From positions 1-45,277 of IMG/VR virus record IMGVR_UViG_3300036773_000125: a stretch of 45,277 nt of DNA; one strand, 5' to 3'. This document shows positions 33,334 to 42,173 of this stretch, one piece after another. The notes under the pieces are model-generated. The model was not told the DNA's origin. It searched no databases and saw nothing but the letters and a program-made list of their open reading frames with translations. How positions within the stretch are numbered: the first letter of the stretch is position 1; each line of letters begins with the position of its first letter. Source of the stretch: a virus. Its lineage: Duplodnaviria > Caudoviricetes. Both the position numbers and the translations under genes were made by a program.

Positions 33334-35153
33334 CCGAGCCGAACGTGTACGAGAACCCCGGCATCGCCAACAAGGCCGAGCCGCCGCGCGACCGGTGGGG
33401 CCGCTACCAGCTGCCGTACCCGGGCAACGAGAACGGGAAGCAGTACGGCTTCCAGCGGGTGACCACCTTCGCGAAGGTGCTCGACGACCCGCACCACCTG
33501 AACCTGTGGAAGCAGCGGATGGTGACCCACGGCCTCACGCTCCGGCCGGACCTGCTCGCGCTCGCTGCCACCATCACCGAGCCGAACAGCGACGACGGCA
33601 AGCGCGAGCTCAACAAGATCTGCGAGCAGGCCATGGAAGCGGCCGGCGCGGGAGCGAAGGCCAACCTCGGCACCTCGCTGCACGCCTACGCCGATCACCT
33701 GCTCAACGGCGGCGACGGCGCGCAGATCCCCAAGCAGTTCCACCCGGACCTGCTCGCCTACCGGGCCGAGCTCACCCGGCTGGGCATCGAGGAACTGCCG
33801 TACTGGGCCGAGCGCGTGATCTTCAACGAGCACTTCAAGGTGTCCGGCCGGTTCGACCGCATCGTGAAGCTGCCGGACGGGACGCTGGCCATTGCCGACC
33901 TGAAGACGCGCGACGGCGAGCTCGACCTCTCCATGCCGTCGATCGTCACTCAGCTGGCGACGTACGCCAACGCGGGCTGGATCCGCAACTACGAGACCCG
34001 GCAGTGGGAGCCCATGCCGAACGTCCGCAAGGACATCGCGCTGGTCATCCACCTGCCGGTGGGCAAGGGCGAGTGCCACGTCTACCAGGTCAACATCGCG
34101 GCCGGGTGGTGGGCGGCGCGCATCGCCGCCGAAGCGCAGGCGTGGCGCAAGACCAAGCAGCTGTCGGCGCCGTTCCTGCCGGAGCACCTGCCCACCGTGC
34201 TCGAACACCCCACTCCCGCCCAGCTGAACACGGCCACCCTGCCCGCGCCGAGCGTGCCGCAGGAAGCCACGGTGCCGGGCGCGAGTGACCCGTTCGCGGC
34301 GGCAGTGGTCGCGGGGCCCGAGGCTTCGGTGACCGCTCCCGTGACCGCTGTGATCTCCAACGGGCAGGTTGCTGTGGAAGCCGCGCTCGCCATGCCGCCG
34401 TCCGGCATGCAGCCCGCGTGGCAGCCGACCCCGGAGCAGGTGGCGCAGGCTATGCAGGCGGGCGCCGGGCGACAGCCCACCGTGGCGGAGCAGCAGGACG
34501 CCGGTGACCCGTTCGCCGCTCGCAAGGCGTTCATGGCGGATGTCGAGCAAGGGCACCCCGCGTTCTCGTCGGCCCAGCAGAAGGTGATCCAGCTGGACAA
34601 CCAGGGCAACGAGGTCCAGCCGTCCGGGCCCGGCCGCCCGGCCAAGCAGCCGATCGACCCGAAGACGGCGGGCGCCGACGAGCTGGCCGAGCTGCCCAAG
34701 GCGAAGCTGCAAGACCTGCTCCGCTCGTTGGAGCCGCAGGCCAACGTGGCGCGGCAGCGCAAGAACCTGGCTGCGGAGATCGTGCGCCTGCGCGACGCCG
34801 CCAAGTCGGCCGCCGGCCAGCCGGTGCAGGAGACGAACCCCCCCGCGGACGTGCAGGAGTTCCGCTTGCCCGCCCCCGCTGGTGGATTCATCCCCAACCC
34901 GCCGGTGCAGGAGTACCCGAACGCGGGGCTGCCTGCGCCGGAGTACGTGACGGCCAACCCGTTCGGCACGCCGGACGAGCCGGCGAAGATGCCGCGCGAC
35001 GAGCAGTTCTACCTGCACGCCATCTCGGTGGCGGTCAGCAAGGCCGAGCTGGCCGCGCTGTTCGACGACGCGCAGACGCACAAGGTCCCGTGGAGCGACG
35101 CTCTCAACCGCGCGGGCATCGCGCGGATGCAGGCCATCGCGAGCGGGCAGTAG
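33330..35153 (+). CDS. PD-(D/E)XK exonuclease (RecE/Cas4-like) with long C-terminal extension
   Basis: RVTT, LGTSLH, E...SGRFDRI...IADLKT and QLATYA motifs; ATG at 33330. Confidence 0.82.
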   Translation: MTEPNVYENPGIANKAEPPRDRWGRYQLPYPGNENGKQYGFQRVTTFAKVLDDPHHLNLWKQRMVTHGLTLRPDLLALAATITEPNSDDGKRELNKICEQAMEAAGAGAKANLGTSLHAYADHLLNGGDGAQIPKQFHPDLLAYRAELTRLGIEELPYWAERVIFNEHFKVSGRFDRIVKLPDGTLAIADLKTRDGELDLSMPSIVTQLATYANAGWIRNYETRQWEPMPNVRKDIALVIHLPVGKGECHVYQVNIAAGWWAARIAAEAQAWRKTKQLSAPFLPEHLPTVLEHPTPAQLNTATLPAPSVPQEATVPGASDPFAAAVVAGPEASVTAPVTAVISNGQVAVEAALAMPPSGMQPAWQPTPEQVAQAMQAGAGRQPTVAEQQDAGDPFAARKAFMADVEQGHPAFSSAQQKVIQLDNQGNEVQPSGPGRPAKQPIDPKTAGADELAELPKAKLQDLLRSLEPQANVARQRKNLAAEIVRLRDAAKSAAGQPVQETNPPADVQEFRLPAPAGGFIPNPPVQEYPNAGLPAPEYVTANPFGTPDEPAKMPRDEQFYLHAISVAVSKAELAALFDDAQTHKVPWSDALNRAGIARMQAIASGQ

Positions 35154-35157
35154 AGTC

Positions 35158-35191
35158 CCGGTGGCGGGTAGTCTCCCTGCTCGCCACCGGG
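35158..35191 (+). terminator. GC-rich hairpin after the exonuclease gene
   Basis: cccggtggcgggtag / ctgctcgccaccggg imperfect inverted repeat; no U-tract. Confidence 0.45.
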
Positions 35192-35235
35192 GCCCACAAT
35201 GGAATATCAACACTGGAAACTGAAAGGCACGGCAC

Positions 35236-35910
35236 ATGGTTGACAATTGGGATGACTTCCGCACGGAGAACTCCGGCGCGGGCAAGGGAATTTCCTTCGG
35301 CCAGATCGGCGATTACTCGCAGATCGGAGTGATCAAGGGCGGCCGGATTCTCGAAGTCCTGCCGAAGTCGGAGCAGCGTGACTTCGAGGACAAGACGAAG
35401 ATCCGCACCACCAAGTCCGGTAAGACGCTGTGGCAGCTGCCCATCCGCGTGCAGACGGGCGTGGGGCAGGCCGAGCCGGCCCGCGACAGTGCGGACGACG
35501 ATGGCGTGCGCATCCTGTACGTCAAGGGGCTGATGTTCGACGCCATCGACGAAGCGCTGAAGGCGGCCAGTGTGTCGGCACCCACGCCGGGAGGGCTCCT
35601 GGAAATCGCGTTCATCGGCGACCGCCAGATCGGTGCGAAGAAGATGCGCGCGTTCAAGGCGCGCTACACCCCGGGCGCGCCGCCCGCGAACGACGGCCTG
35701 TTCCCGGGTGCGGCCGAGCAGGCAGCGGCGCACCCGACCGGCGGTGGCGGTCCGGCGGCCGGGACCTTCCCGCCCGCGGCGCCCGTCCAGCAGCCGGCGC
35801 CCGCCGACCCATGGGCGGCACAGGCTCCGGCGGTTCCCGCGCAGGCGGCGCCGCTCGGCCAGCAGTGGGCCCAGGCCGGGCCTCCTCCGGCTGCCAACCC
35901 TTGGGCATAG
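35236..35910 (+). CDS. Single-stranded DNA-binding protein-like
   Basis: Beta-rich N-domain (DDDGVRILYVKG) with a Pro/Ala/Gln-rich tail ending NPWA; follows the exonuclease; RBS GAAAGG. Confidence 0.6.
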   Translation: MVDNWDDFRTENSGAGKGISFGQIGDYSQIGVIKGGRILEVLPKSEQRDFEDKTKIRTTKSGKTLWQLPIRVQTGVGQAEPARDSADDDGVRILYVKGLMFDAIDEALKAASVSAPTPGGLLEIAFIGDRQIGAKKMRAFKARYTPGAPPANDGLFPGAAEQAAAHPTGGGGPAAGTFPPAAPVQQPAPADPWAAQAPAVPAQAAPLGQQWAQAGPPPAANPWA

Positions 35911-35917
35911 GCAGCAG

Positions 35918-35963
35918 AAAAGGGGCCCCACTCCGGTCGCCATGACCAGGGTGGGGCCCCTTT
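35918..35963. terminator. Bidirectional intrinsic terminator between convergent operons
   Basis: aaaaggggcccca...tggggccccttt stem with A and T tracts, between the convergent stops at 35910 and 35965. Confidence 0.85.
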
Positions 35964-35964
35964 G

Positions 35965-37380
35965 CTACGCGGGTCGGCCGAACAGCAGCACGTGCTCGTC
36001 GGCCGGGCGACCGAACCGCAAGCGCTCATCGGTGTGCGGTCGGCCGAACTGCACGCGCCGGTCAGGCGCCGGACCCGCGCCGCTGTGCACCAGCGACCGG
36101 GTTTCGTCCAGCTCGGTCACGCGAGTGAGCGCGTGGTGCTGTGCACCCGCGGACCGGACGAACGCCACCGCGGTGTCCAGCTCGGTGACCGTGGTGAGCA
36201 GCCGCGAGCGTGACCGCCGGAATGCGACAACCGTGTCGGTCTCGGTGCCGCGTGGCAGCGCCGTTGCCCGCGAGCGCACGAATGCGACGGAGGTGTCGGT
36301 TTCGGCGGCCCGGCCGAGCACGCGCACCACACCACGACTGATCGGCGAGGCGCTGTCGGTTTCGACGACACGCGCCAGCTGAGTGGCCCGTGAGCGGACG
36401 AACGGCAGCACGGTGTCCGTCTCTGCCGCCCGGGACAGCGAGGCCGCGTGCGACCTGCTCAGCCCCGAAACCGTGTCGGTCTCGGTGACGCGCGTCAGCG
36501 CGCTCTCTCTCGTTCGAACGAACGAGGACACTGAGTCAGTCTCCGTGACCGACGGTAGCGTGCTCGCACGAGAGCGCACGAACGCGGCCGAGCTGTCGAC
36601 CTCGCTCGCCCGTGCCAGCGCCGACGCGCGCGAGCGCACGAGCGGCGTACTGCTGTCCGTCTCGGTGACCCGGGTGAGCAGGCGGCCGTGTGCCAGCTTC
36701 GCCGTGAAGTCCGTCTCCGTCACCCGGTTGAGCGAGCGGTTGTTGCCCGTCGACAGCACGGGGTCGGTGTCGCTCGCGAGTGCCGTGCTACCCGCGGTCA
36801 GCGGCCGGAGGTTGCCGGACGTGTCGAGCAGCGAGGCTGCCGCCAACGGCCAGCTGCCCCACAGCCCGGATGTCCGGACCGCCGTGGGGCTCTGGCTCTC
36901 CAGTGCGATTTCGGCATCGCTGAGCACGGCCGTCCAGATGCGGACGTACGCAAGCGAGCCATCAAGCCACTCACTACCATCCGCGGCCGACCGTCCGAAC
37001 ACACCGAACTGCGTGGGCGTTGTCGACGCCACGGTGCCGGTGACCTTGGTCAGCGTGCCGGCCACCGTGCCCGTCAAGATCTGCGCGGCAGTGCCGGACA
37101 GCGTGGCGGCGACGTACACCCAGGTGTTCAGCGCCACCTCAGCGCCGGAGATCCCGGAAGTGTTTGATGCGCTGTACACCGCCGGCGTTCGGCCGTTGGC
37201 GCCCTTGAAACCAACGACCCATGACGTAGCGTCGCCGGCGTCCGACAACCGGATGATCGGGTGGAACGAAGACGCGGTTGAGTTGGCCACCTTGGCCCAC
37301 GCCGCGATCGTGACCGTCGCCATGGACGGCGCGGTGGCGCGGCTGCACCGATCGGTTGCCGCGTCCGAACGGGCAGCCAC
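35965..37380 (-). CDS. LamG/ConA-like domain protein with 20-aa repeats (virion/tail-associated)
   Basis: TIAAWAK...NTWVYVAAT...LDGSLAYVRIWTAVLSDAEI is LamG-like, followed by about 11 LxRVTETD repeats. Confidence 0.75.
   Translation of the reverse strand: MAARSDAATDRCSRATAPSMATVTIAAWAKVANSTASSFHPIIRLSDAGDATSWVVGFKGANGRTPAVYSASNTSGISGAEVALNTWVYVAATLSGTAAQILTGTVAGTLTKVTGTVASTTPTQFGVFGRSAADGSEWLDGSLAYVRIWTAVLSDAEIALESQSPTAVRTSGLWGSWPLAAASLLDTSGNLRPLTAGSTALASDTDPVLSTGNNRSLNRVTETDFTAKLAHGRLLTRVTETDSSTPLVRSRASALARASEVDSSAAFVRSRASTLPSVTETDSVSSFVRTRESALTRVTETDTVSGLSRSHAASLSRAAETDTVLPFVRSRATQLARVVETDSASPISRGVVRVLGRAAETDTSVAFVRSRATALPRGTETDTVVAFRRSRSRLLTTVTELDTAVAFVRSAGAQHHALTRVTELDETRSLVHSGAGPAPDRRVQFGRPHTDERLRFGRPADEHVLLFGRPA
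36085..36742 (-). repeat. About 11 degenerate 60-nt coding repeats (LxRVTETD...FVRSRA)
   Basis: Visible in translation with a 20-aa period. Confidence 0.8.
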
Positions 37381-37383
37381 GGG

Positions 37384-37650
37384 TCAGCCCACCTTAAGCA
37401 GCAGAAGAAAGAAGTTGACGTACAGGTCGCCCGTTGTCTGATTCTGGACAACATAAGAGAACCTGTTGTCGTAGATGCTCGCGCGGGTGATCCGAACGTC
37501 CTGGTTGCTGTCGTTGAAGCCCCACGACACGACTTGGTACCCGTCGGCCGGGTCGTACTGGTCGTCGACACCGCCAGGCGGAACCGTTACCGACACCGTG
37601 TCAGTGGAAAACTCCAGGCCCAGAGATGCCTTGAAAACAACATCAGCCAT
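37384..37650 (-). CDS. Hypothetical protein (88 aa)
   Basis: ATG with RBS GAAAGGA; beta-rich. Confidence 0.65.
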   Translation of the reverse strand: MADVVFKASLGLEFSTDTVSVTVPPGGVDDQYDPADGYQVVSWGFNDSNQDVRITRASIYDNRFSYVVQNQTTGDLYVNFFLLLLKVG

Positions 37651-37671
37651 GTCCGTTTGTCCTTTCTGGAA

Positions 37672-38124
37672 TTACGCTGCCCGGAGGAAGCCGGGCGAAG
37701 TCGGCGTGAACGTCTCGTCAACGCCCGTCGTGGTGAACGCCTGGTCGAGCGCGCAGAGCGGAACCGTGTTCGCATCCGTGCCACCGTTGGGCTTGTAGCA
37801 GACAAGCAGCTTGCCGATGGCCTGGTTGCTAGCGCCACCGAGCGCGGTCCAGGTGAAGGCCGAGCAGGTGATGTCCACCCTGTCGTTGGTGTCGTCGACC
37901 GTGACCGTCACGCCGGCCAGCGTCTTTCGCGCGTAGTTGGTGGCGGTCGCCTCGTCGCTCGCACCAGCGAGCAGCGTCGACAGGACGTCGTAGTCCTTCA
38001 GCGTGGAGTCAGCCTCCAGACCGGCCGTCACCAGCAGCACGGCGACCAGCGAGTCACCACCCGTGGGCAGCGCCGCAAGAGAGGCCAGCTTGCCCTTGGC
38101 AATGTTGAAAACGAAGTCAGCCAT
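37672..38124 (-). CDS. Putative minor tail/virion protein (150 aa)
   Basis: EATATNYARKTL...ITCSAFTWT motif of a kind found in phage tail-associated proteins. Confidence 0.65.
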   Translation of the reverse strand: MADFVFNIAKGKLASLAALPTGGDSLVAVLLVTAGLEADSTLKDYDVLSTLLAGASDEATATNYARKTLAGVTVTVDDTNDRVDITCSAFTWTALGGASNQAIGKLLVCYKPNGGTDANTVPLCALDQAFTTTGVDETFTPTSPGFLRAA

Positions 38125-38127
38125 GAT

Positions 38128-38472
38128 TTAGCCTTCCTGGTCACGCGTGACGGCGGGTACCACCACGACGCGGTCAATGGGGTATCGGGCGATGGCGCCC
38201 TCAGGGTCGGTCATCTCGATGTCGAAGAAGCCATCACGCCACGACCACGGAAGCGAGTCCTCGGGGCGCGTGAGCAGGGTGACGCCGTGCTCATCGAGCA
38301 GCAGTGTCTCATCGGCGGTGGTCCACTCGTGCAGCACCGCCGGAGCGTCCGCCGTCGCGCGCACCTGACCGCGGCCGGTCCAGCCGGACCAGTCGGTGAT
38401 GCGCACGCCGGCGCCCGTGTACGCGGGCCACGTCCGGCGGTGGGTGGTGCCTTGCGGGATTCGCAGGGTCAT
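38128..38472 (-). CDS. Putative minor tail/virion beta-sandwich protein (114 aa)
   Basis: LRIPQGTT...DWSGWTGRGQVR...FDIEM pattern. Confidence 0.6.
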   Translation of the reverse strand: MTLRIPQGTTHRRTWPAYTGAGVRITDWSGWTGRGQVRATADAPAVLHEWTTADETLLLDEHGVTLLTRPEDSLPWSWRDGFFDIEMTDPEGAIARYPIDRVVVVPAVTRDQEG

Positions 38473-38508
38473 GATCAGTTCCCTTCCGGCCGGACGTGGC
38501 CGCATGCG

Positions 38509-38733
38509 TCAGGCGGTGTTCTTCGGGTCCAGGCTGGCCGAATCGGTTGCGCCGACACCCTTGGCGATCAGCCCCTTGACCACCGACACCACACCGGCTC
38601 CGGCGCCGGCGATGAGCCACGCCTTCCACCCGAGGTCGGTGATGTTGGTGAGGTCGAGGGACACGGCTCCGAGGAAGCCGGCGAGGAACGTCGTGACGAC
38701 GCGCTCGACGAGGTCGCGCAGGTAGATGCTCAT
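38509..38733 (-). CDS. Holin (r1t-like)
   Basis: 74 aa, LVERVVTTF...SVVKGL...SASL, two TM segments, directly after the endolysin. Confidence 0.85.
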   Translation of the reverse strand: MSIYLRDLVERVVTTFLAGFLGAVSLDLTNITDLGWKAWLIAGAGAGVVSVVKGLIAKGVGATDSASLDPKNTA

Positions 38734-38735
38734 GA

Positions 38736-39740
38736 TCAGTTCTTCTTTCTGAAGCCGGCCGTTGCGGTGACCTCGCGGGCCGGGGCGGTGGGGTTGGCGA
38801 AGGAGTAGTTGACCTCCATGGTCAGCGCGCCGGCCGGGACGTCGAAATGCCACGGGCGGCCCGGGTCCACGCGCGCGGCGGCGTACCACAGCTGGTTGAC
38901 GCCGGTCTCTCCAGCGGGCCCGAAGAAGGCCACCTTCGAAACCTCGATCGGCACCCACCCGATACCGATCACGGCCTCGATGTCGTCCGTGGTCGCTGGC
39001 ACGGGCAGCGTGACGCTGGCGCTCGTGCTCGCCTTCAGTTCAGCCATGGTGTCTTCCTCCGGGTTGAAAGGCTGGGTGGAACCGCCACCCACGGAACCTC
39101 CGCCGCCCACGCTGAACAGCGCGGCCAGCTGTGCTTCGCTGCCCTGGAACGCGAGGCAGTCCAGATCGTTGCCGGGGTACGCGGCATCGCGCCCGACGCT
39201 GGAGAACTGGAGCACGGAGACGCTGTTGCCGCCGTACCCGTTCCAGTACGACGCGGGCGCCTGCGCGTACTTCGCCGCGATCGGGCCGGGCGTGGTGCTC
39301 GCGTACTTCGAGGAGCACAGCGGCGGCAGCCCGGCCAGCGACCCGCCACCACCGGCACCATTGAGGTACCACTGCGGCGCGTAGGTCAGGTTGACCGTGT
39401 AGCCGAGCCGTCGCAGCTCATCAACGCAGGCCCGCAGGAACGCGACGTTGCCACTGCCGTTCTCCCAGTCGACCATCACCGGGATGCTGCGGTCCGGCTC
39501 GATGCTCGCGTGCAGGGCCGCGTTCGACGCGGCCGAGATGCCGCTACCGAGGTACAGGTACGTGCCGAAGATCTTCCCGCCCTTGCGCGCGTTGGCCTTG
39601 TGGGTGGCGTACATCCGGTCGACGGTCGTGGCGTACTGGCCGCCCTTGGCCTGCGCGGTGCGCGCGATGATGAACCGGCCCGCGAGCCTGCTCACGTCCA
39701 CACCGGTCTGGTGGTGCGAGACGTCGTGTCCAATGATCAT
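38736..39740 (-). CDS. Endolysin, glycoside hydrolase family 25 (muramidase)
   Basis: GHDVSHHQ, VDWE, QFSS...DLD; Gly linker and an unassigned C-terminal domain; ATG at 39740. Confidence 0.88.
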   Translation of the reverse strand: MIIGHDVSHHQTGVDVSRLAGRFIIARTAQAKGGQYATTVDRMYATHKANARKGGKIFGTYLYLGSGISAASNAALHASIEPDRSIPVMVDWENGSGNVAFLRACVDELRRLGYTVNLTYAPQWYLNGAGGGGSLAGLPPLCSSKYASTTPGPIAAKYAQAPASYWNGYGGNSVSVLQFSSVGRDAAYPGNDLDCLAFQGSEAQLAALFSVGGGGSVGGGSTQPFNPEEDTMAELKASTSASVTLPVPATTDDIEAVIGIGWVPIEVSKVAFFGPAGETGVNQLWYAAARVDPGRPWHFDVPAGALTMEVNYSFANPTAPAREVTATAGFRKKN

Positions 39741-39759
39741 GTTTCCGGGTTTCCTTCCT

Positions 39760-40551
39760 CTACAGGCAGAACACGTCCGGCACCGGAGAGTTGATCTTCT
39801 TGGTGTCGGAGTAGGTGACGACGTACTGGCAGTCGGTGCCTGCACGCGCGTTGCCCCACGCGAACACGGCGCTCTCCGGCGTCGGGCCGGGCTCGCCGGT
39901 CGGGCCCGCGGGGCCTTGCTCGCCGTCGGTGCCGTTGGTGCCGTTCGTCCCGTCCTTGCCCGCCGCAGGCGGGTTGGCGTCGTAGATCGCCTGGATCAGG
40001 GCGGACAGCTGGGCGTCGGTCGGCGCCACACCTGGCGTACCGGCCGCGCCCGCGGGACCGGGGATCGCCACCGGGATCAACGGCCGTATGATGGCCAGCA
40101 GCTCGTCAGCCGTCGGAGTGTGACCGTCCTTCGGCGGGTTGGCCGCGATCACCCCGCGGATCAGGGTCAGCAACTGGTCGTTCGACGGCATCACGGTGAC
40201 CGTGGTCGGCGCGGCGGCGACCGGCGTGCTCGCGGGCGGCAGGTTGGCCTCGGCCCGGTAGCACTTGTCCTGCTCGGCCGTCGGCAGCTGGGCCGGGTCC
40301 GCTTGGCGGCAGACCGTCTTCATGTCCTCGCGCAGCGCGGAGATCTCTCCTGCGTTCTCGATGCCGCGCGCATCCGACCCGGCCACGCGGCCAGTGGTGT
40401 AGACGAAGCCACCGAGCGCCATCGACAGCGCCACCACAGCGAACACGAGCGCGGCGACGGTCACCCACTTGCTGCGGCGGGCGGCCCGCCGTTCGTGCTC
40501 CAGCTCGTGCAGCTTGTCGCGGAACTCCGGGGTCAGGTCGCTTTCGGTCAT
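39760..40551 (-). CDS. Membrane-anchored collagen-like protein
   Basis: One TM, a coiled coil, three PT/SxxQ/ELxxxI repeats and a Gly-X-Y run (GKDGTNGTNGTDGEQGPAGPTGEPGPT). Confidence 0.75.
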   Translation of the reverse strand: MTESDLTPEFRDKLHELEHERRAARRSKWVTVAALVFAVVALSMALGGFVYTTGRVAGSDARGIENAGEISALREDMKTVCRQADPAQLPTAEQDKCYRAEANLPPASTPVAAAPTTVTVMPSNDQLLTLIRGVIAANPPKDGHTPTADELLAIIRPLIPVAIPGPAGAAGTPGVAPTDAQLSALIQAIYDANPPAAGKDGTNGTNGTDGEQGPAGPTGEPGPTPESAVFAWGNARAGTDCQYVVTYSDTKKINSPVPDVFCL

Positions 40552-40853
40552 GGGGCATCAGCCAACTCAGGTGGGATGTCGATGTTGTTCCGGTGCAACA
40601 GATACCGAAGTCGCCCGTTCTGGTCGACCGCGTCATCGTAGCGCTTGCGCATGGCGTCAAGCTTCGCCGCGAGATTTTCGTTTCGCTGGCTTTCCACCAC
40701 GTTCTGTTTCCCCAGAGCGGCAACAAGATCCGTTTCCCTGACATGCCCGGTTTTCCGGTACAGGTCGATGGCTTTGATGATACCGAGAATGACAGCGGCA
40801 ATGGCGCCCGATATGCCACCGCCGGTCAGCACGCTGCCTAGATCAAAGCTCAT
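40548..40853 (-). CDS. Membrane protein with coiled coil (101 aa)
   Basis: N-terminal TM then heptad pattern; in the lysis region. Confidence 0.7.
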   Translation of the reverse strand: MSFDLGSVLTGGGISGAIAAVILGIIKAIDLYRKTGHVRETDLVAALGKQNVVESQRNENLAAKLDAMRKRYDDAVDQNGRLRYLLHRNNIDIPPELADAP

Positions 40854-41260
40854 TGCCGCCTGCTTTCTACCGCCTTTATCAGGCCGCTGATCTCGAAGGC
40901 GCGAAGCGACAACAGGAAAGCGAACGCGAGCATGACGCCCATCAGCACGAGCGAGCCGCCCAGGTTCCCGGGCGCGGCGAGCGGCAACCGGATGGCGAGC
41001 ACGCCGACGAACACGAGCACGGCGCCAATCATCGCGGGCAGCCCCACGACTTCCGGCAGGATGTTCCCAGTGACCGACGAGTAGGCGCCGCCCAGACTGC
41101 CGCCCGCCATCAGCGAGCCCCACAGCACAACAACCAGGTGCGCGGACTCCGCACGCATCGAGGCCGGGGGGTTGATCAGGGCGGCCAGTCCGGCGCCGAA
41201 CAGCGAGAGGTAGGCGAGGAACGCGAGAGCCCGGTGCCACCGGGTGCGCCGGATCGTCAT
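40850..41260 (-). CDS. Four-TM membrane protein (136 aa)
   Basis: ATG at 41260; four hydrophobic segments; in the lysis region. Confidence 0.7.
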   Translation of the reverse strand: MTIRRTRWHRALAFLAYLSLFGAGLAALINPPASMRAESAHLVVVLWGSLMAGGSLGGAYSSVTGNILPEVVGLPAMIGAVLVFVGVLAIRLPLAAPGNLGGSLVLMGVMLAFAFLLSLRAFEISGLIKAVESRRQ

Positions 41261-41274
41261 CTCCCCGCCCCTCC

Positions 41275-41631
41275 TCAAGACCCGGCTGGGATGGTGGGCA
41301 GCGTGGGGGTTCCGCCGGAGTCCCGCTGCGACAGCAGGAAGTACGTCGCGAACGTCGCGTCGTAAGTCCAGGCGTCCGGCCGCCGCTTGCTCTGCCAAAT
41401 CGCCTGCCCGCTCACCACAGCGCTTCGATCCAGCCACTCGGCCGGGTCGTCGGTCAGCGGGCTCAACGGTTTGAACTGCAACAGCAAGTCCACTGTGGCT
41501 TTCATGTCCGCGATCTGGTCTGTGGTGAAGCTCGCGTAGGTCCCGACAATCGTGATGAGCGCGGCGCGCGCCGGGTCCTGAACCCCCTCAAGGTCGAGTT
41601 CCGCGATCGCGTGATCTCCAAGCGCTGTCAT
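41275..41631 (-). CDS. Hypothetical protein (118 aa)
   Basis: RBS GAAAGGA; PLSPLTDDPAEW...WQSKR. Confidence 0.7.
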   Translation of the reverse strand: MTALGDHAIAELDLEGVQDPARAALITIVGTYASFTTDQIADMKATVDLLLQFKPLSPLTDDPAEWLDRSAVVSGQAIWQSKRRPDAWTYDATFATYFLLSQRDSGGTPTLPTIPAGS

Positions 41632-41642
41632 GGTTTTCCTTT

Positions 41643-42164
41643 CTATCCGACTTGCAGGAACTCGATGAAGTTCGCGTGCGCTACGGCGGACGCCACGTCA
41701 AATGTGCGTGCCGCAACGGCGCAGTACAGGTTGGCGTTCACCATGATGTCGTTATCACTCACCACGAACAACGAAGTCTGCGCCGAGTTCAGTGGTAGAT
41801 TCTGCACGGTTTTGGCACTTGCTGCCGCCCACGAACTGGAGTACGAAGACGCTACGCTCAGCTGACACGTTCTGTCCAAAGCGGACCCGTCCAGCAACCG
41901 CGCGCCCACGCTCGCGATCCACAGCCCCTGTGCCAGCTTGAATGTATTATTCCCAGAGCCTGAGGGAGTGACCGATGAATGTGGCGTCACGGCTACGGAG
42001 AAAGACAGCTGGTTATCTCCGATAGCTGTGGTCCCCGCGCTTGTGCGCTCGTACCGTGCGTATGCCGTTTGTGGCGTTCGGCGCAGCACGGATTCGATCT
42101 TGTCGTTCAGCATCTTCAGCGCCTGCTCGACACTGCCAGCTAGACGAATGTCGCTCAGCCCCAC
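41643..42164 (-). CDS. Putative minor tail/receptor-binding protein (173 aa)
   Basis: Short N-terminal coiled coil plus a beta-rich C-domain; last gene of the minor tail run. Confidence 0.55.
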   Translation of the reverse strand: MGLSDIRLAGSVEQALKMLNDKIESVLRRTPQTAYARYERTSAGTTAIGDNQLSFSVAVTPHSSVTPSGSGNNTFKLAQGLWIASVGARLLDGSALDRTCQLSVASSYSSSWAAASAKTVQNLPLNSAQTSLFVVSDNDIMVNANLYCAVAARTFDVASAVAHANFIEFLQVG

Positions 42165-42173
42165 GGCTTCCTC

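Noticed and set aside
33330-34190. Cas4 as part of a CRISPR system
   Set aside because: It lacks the four-Cys Fe-S pattern and has no cas neighbours, so it fits a phage recombination exonuclease.
27281-35285. Long minus-strand ORFs opposite polA, helicase and exonuclease
   Set aside because: These are shadow frames of well-supported plus-strand genes.
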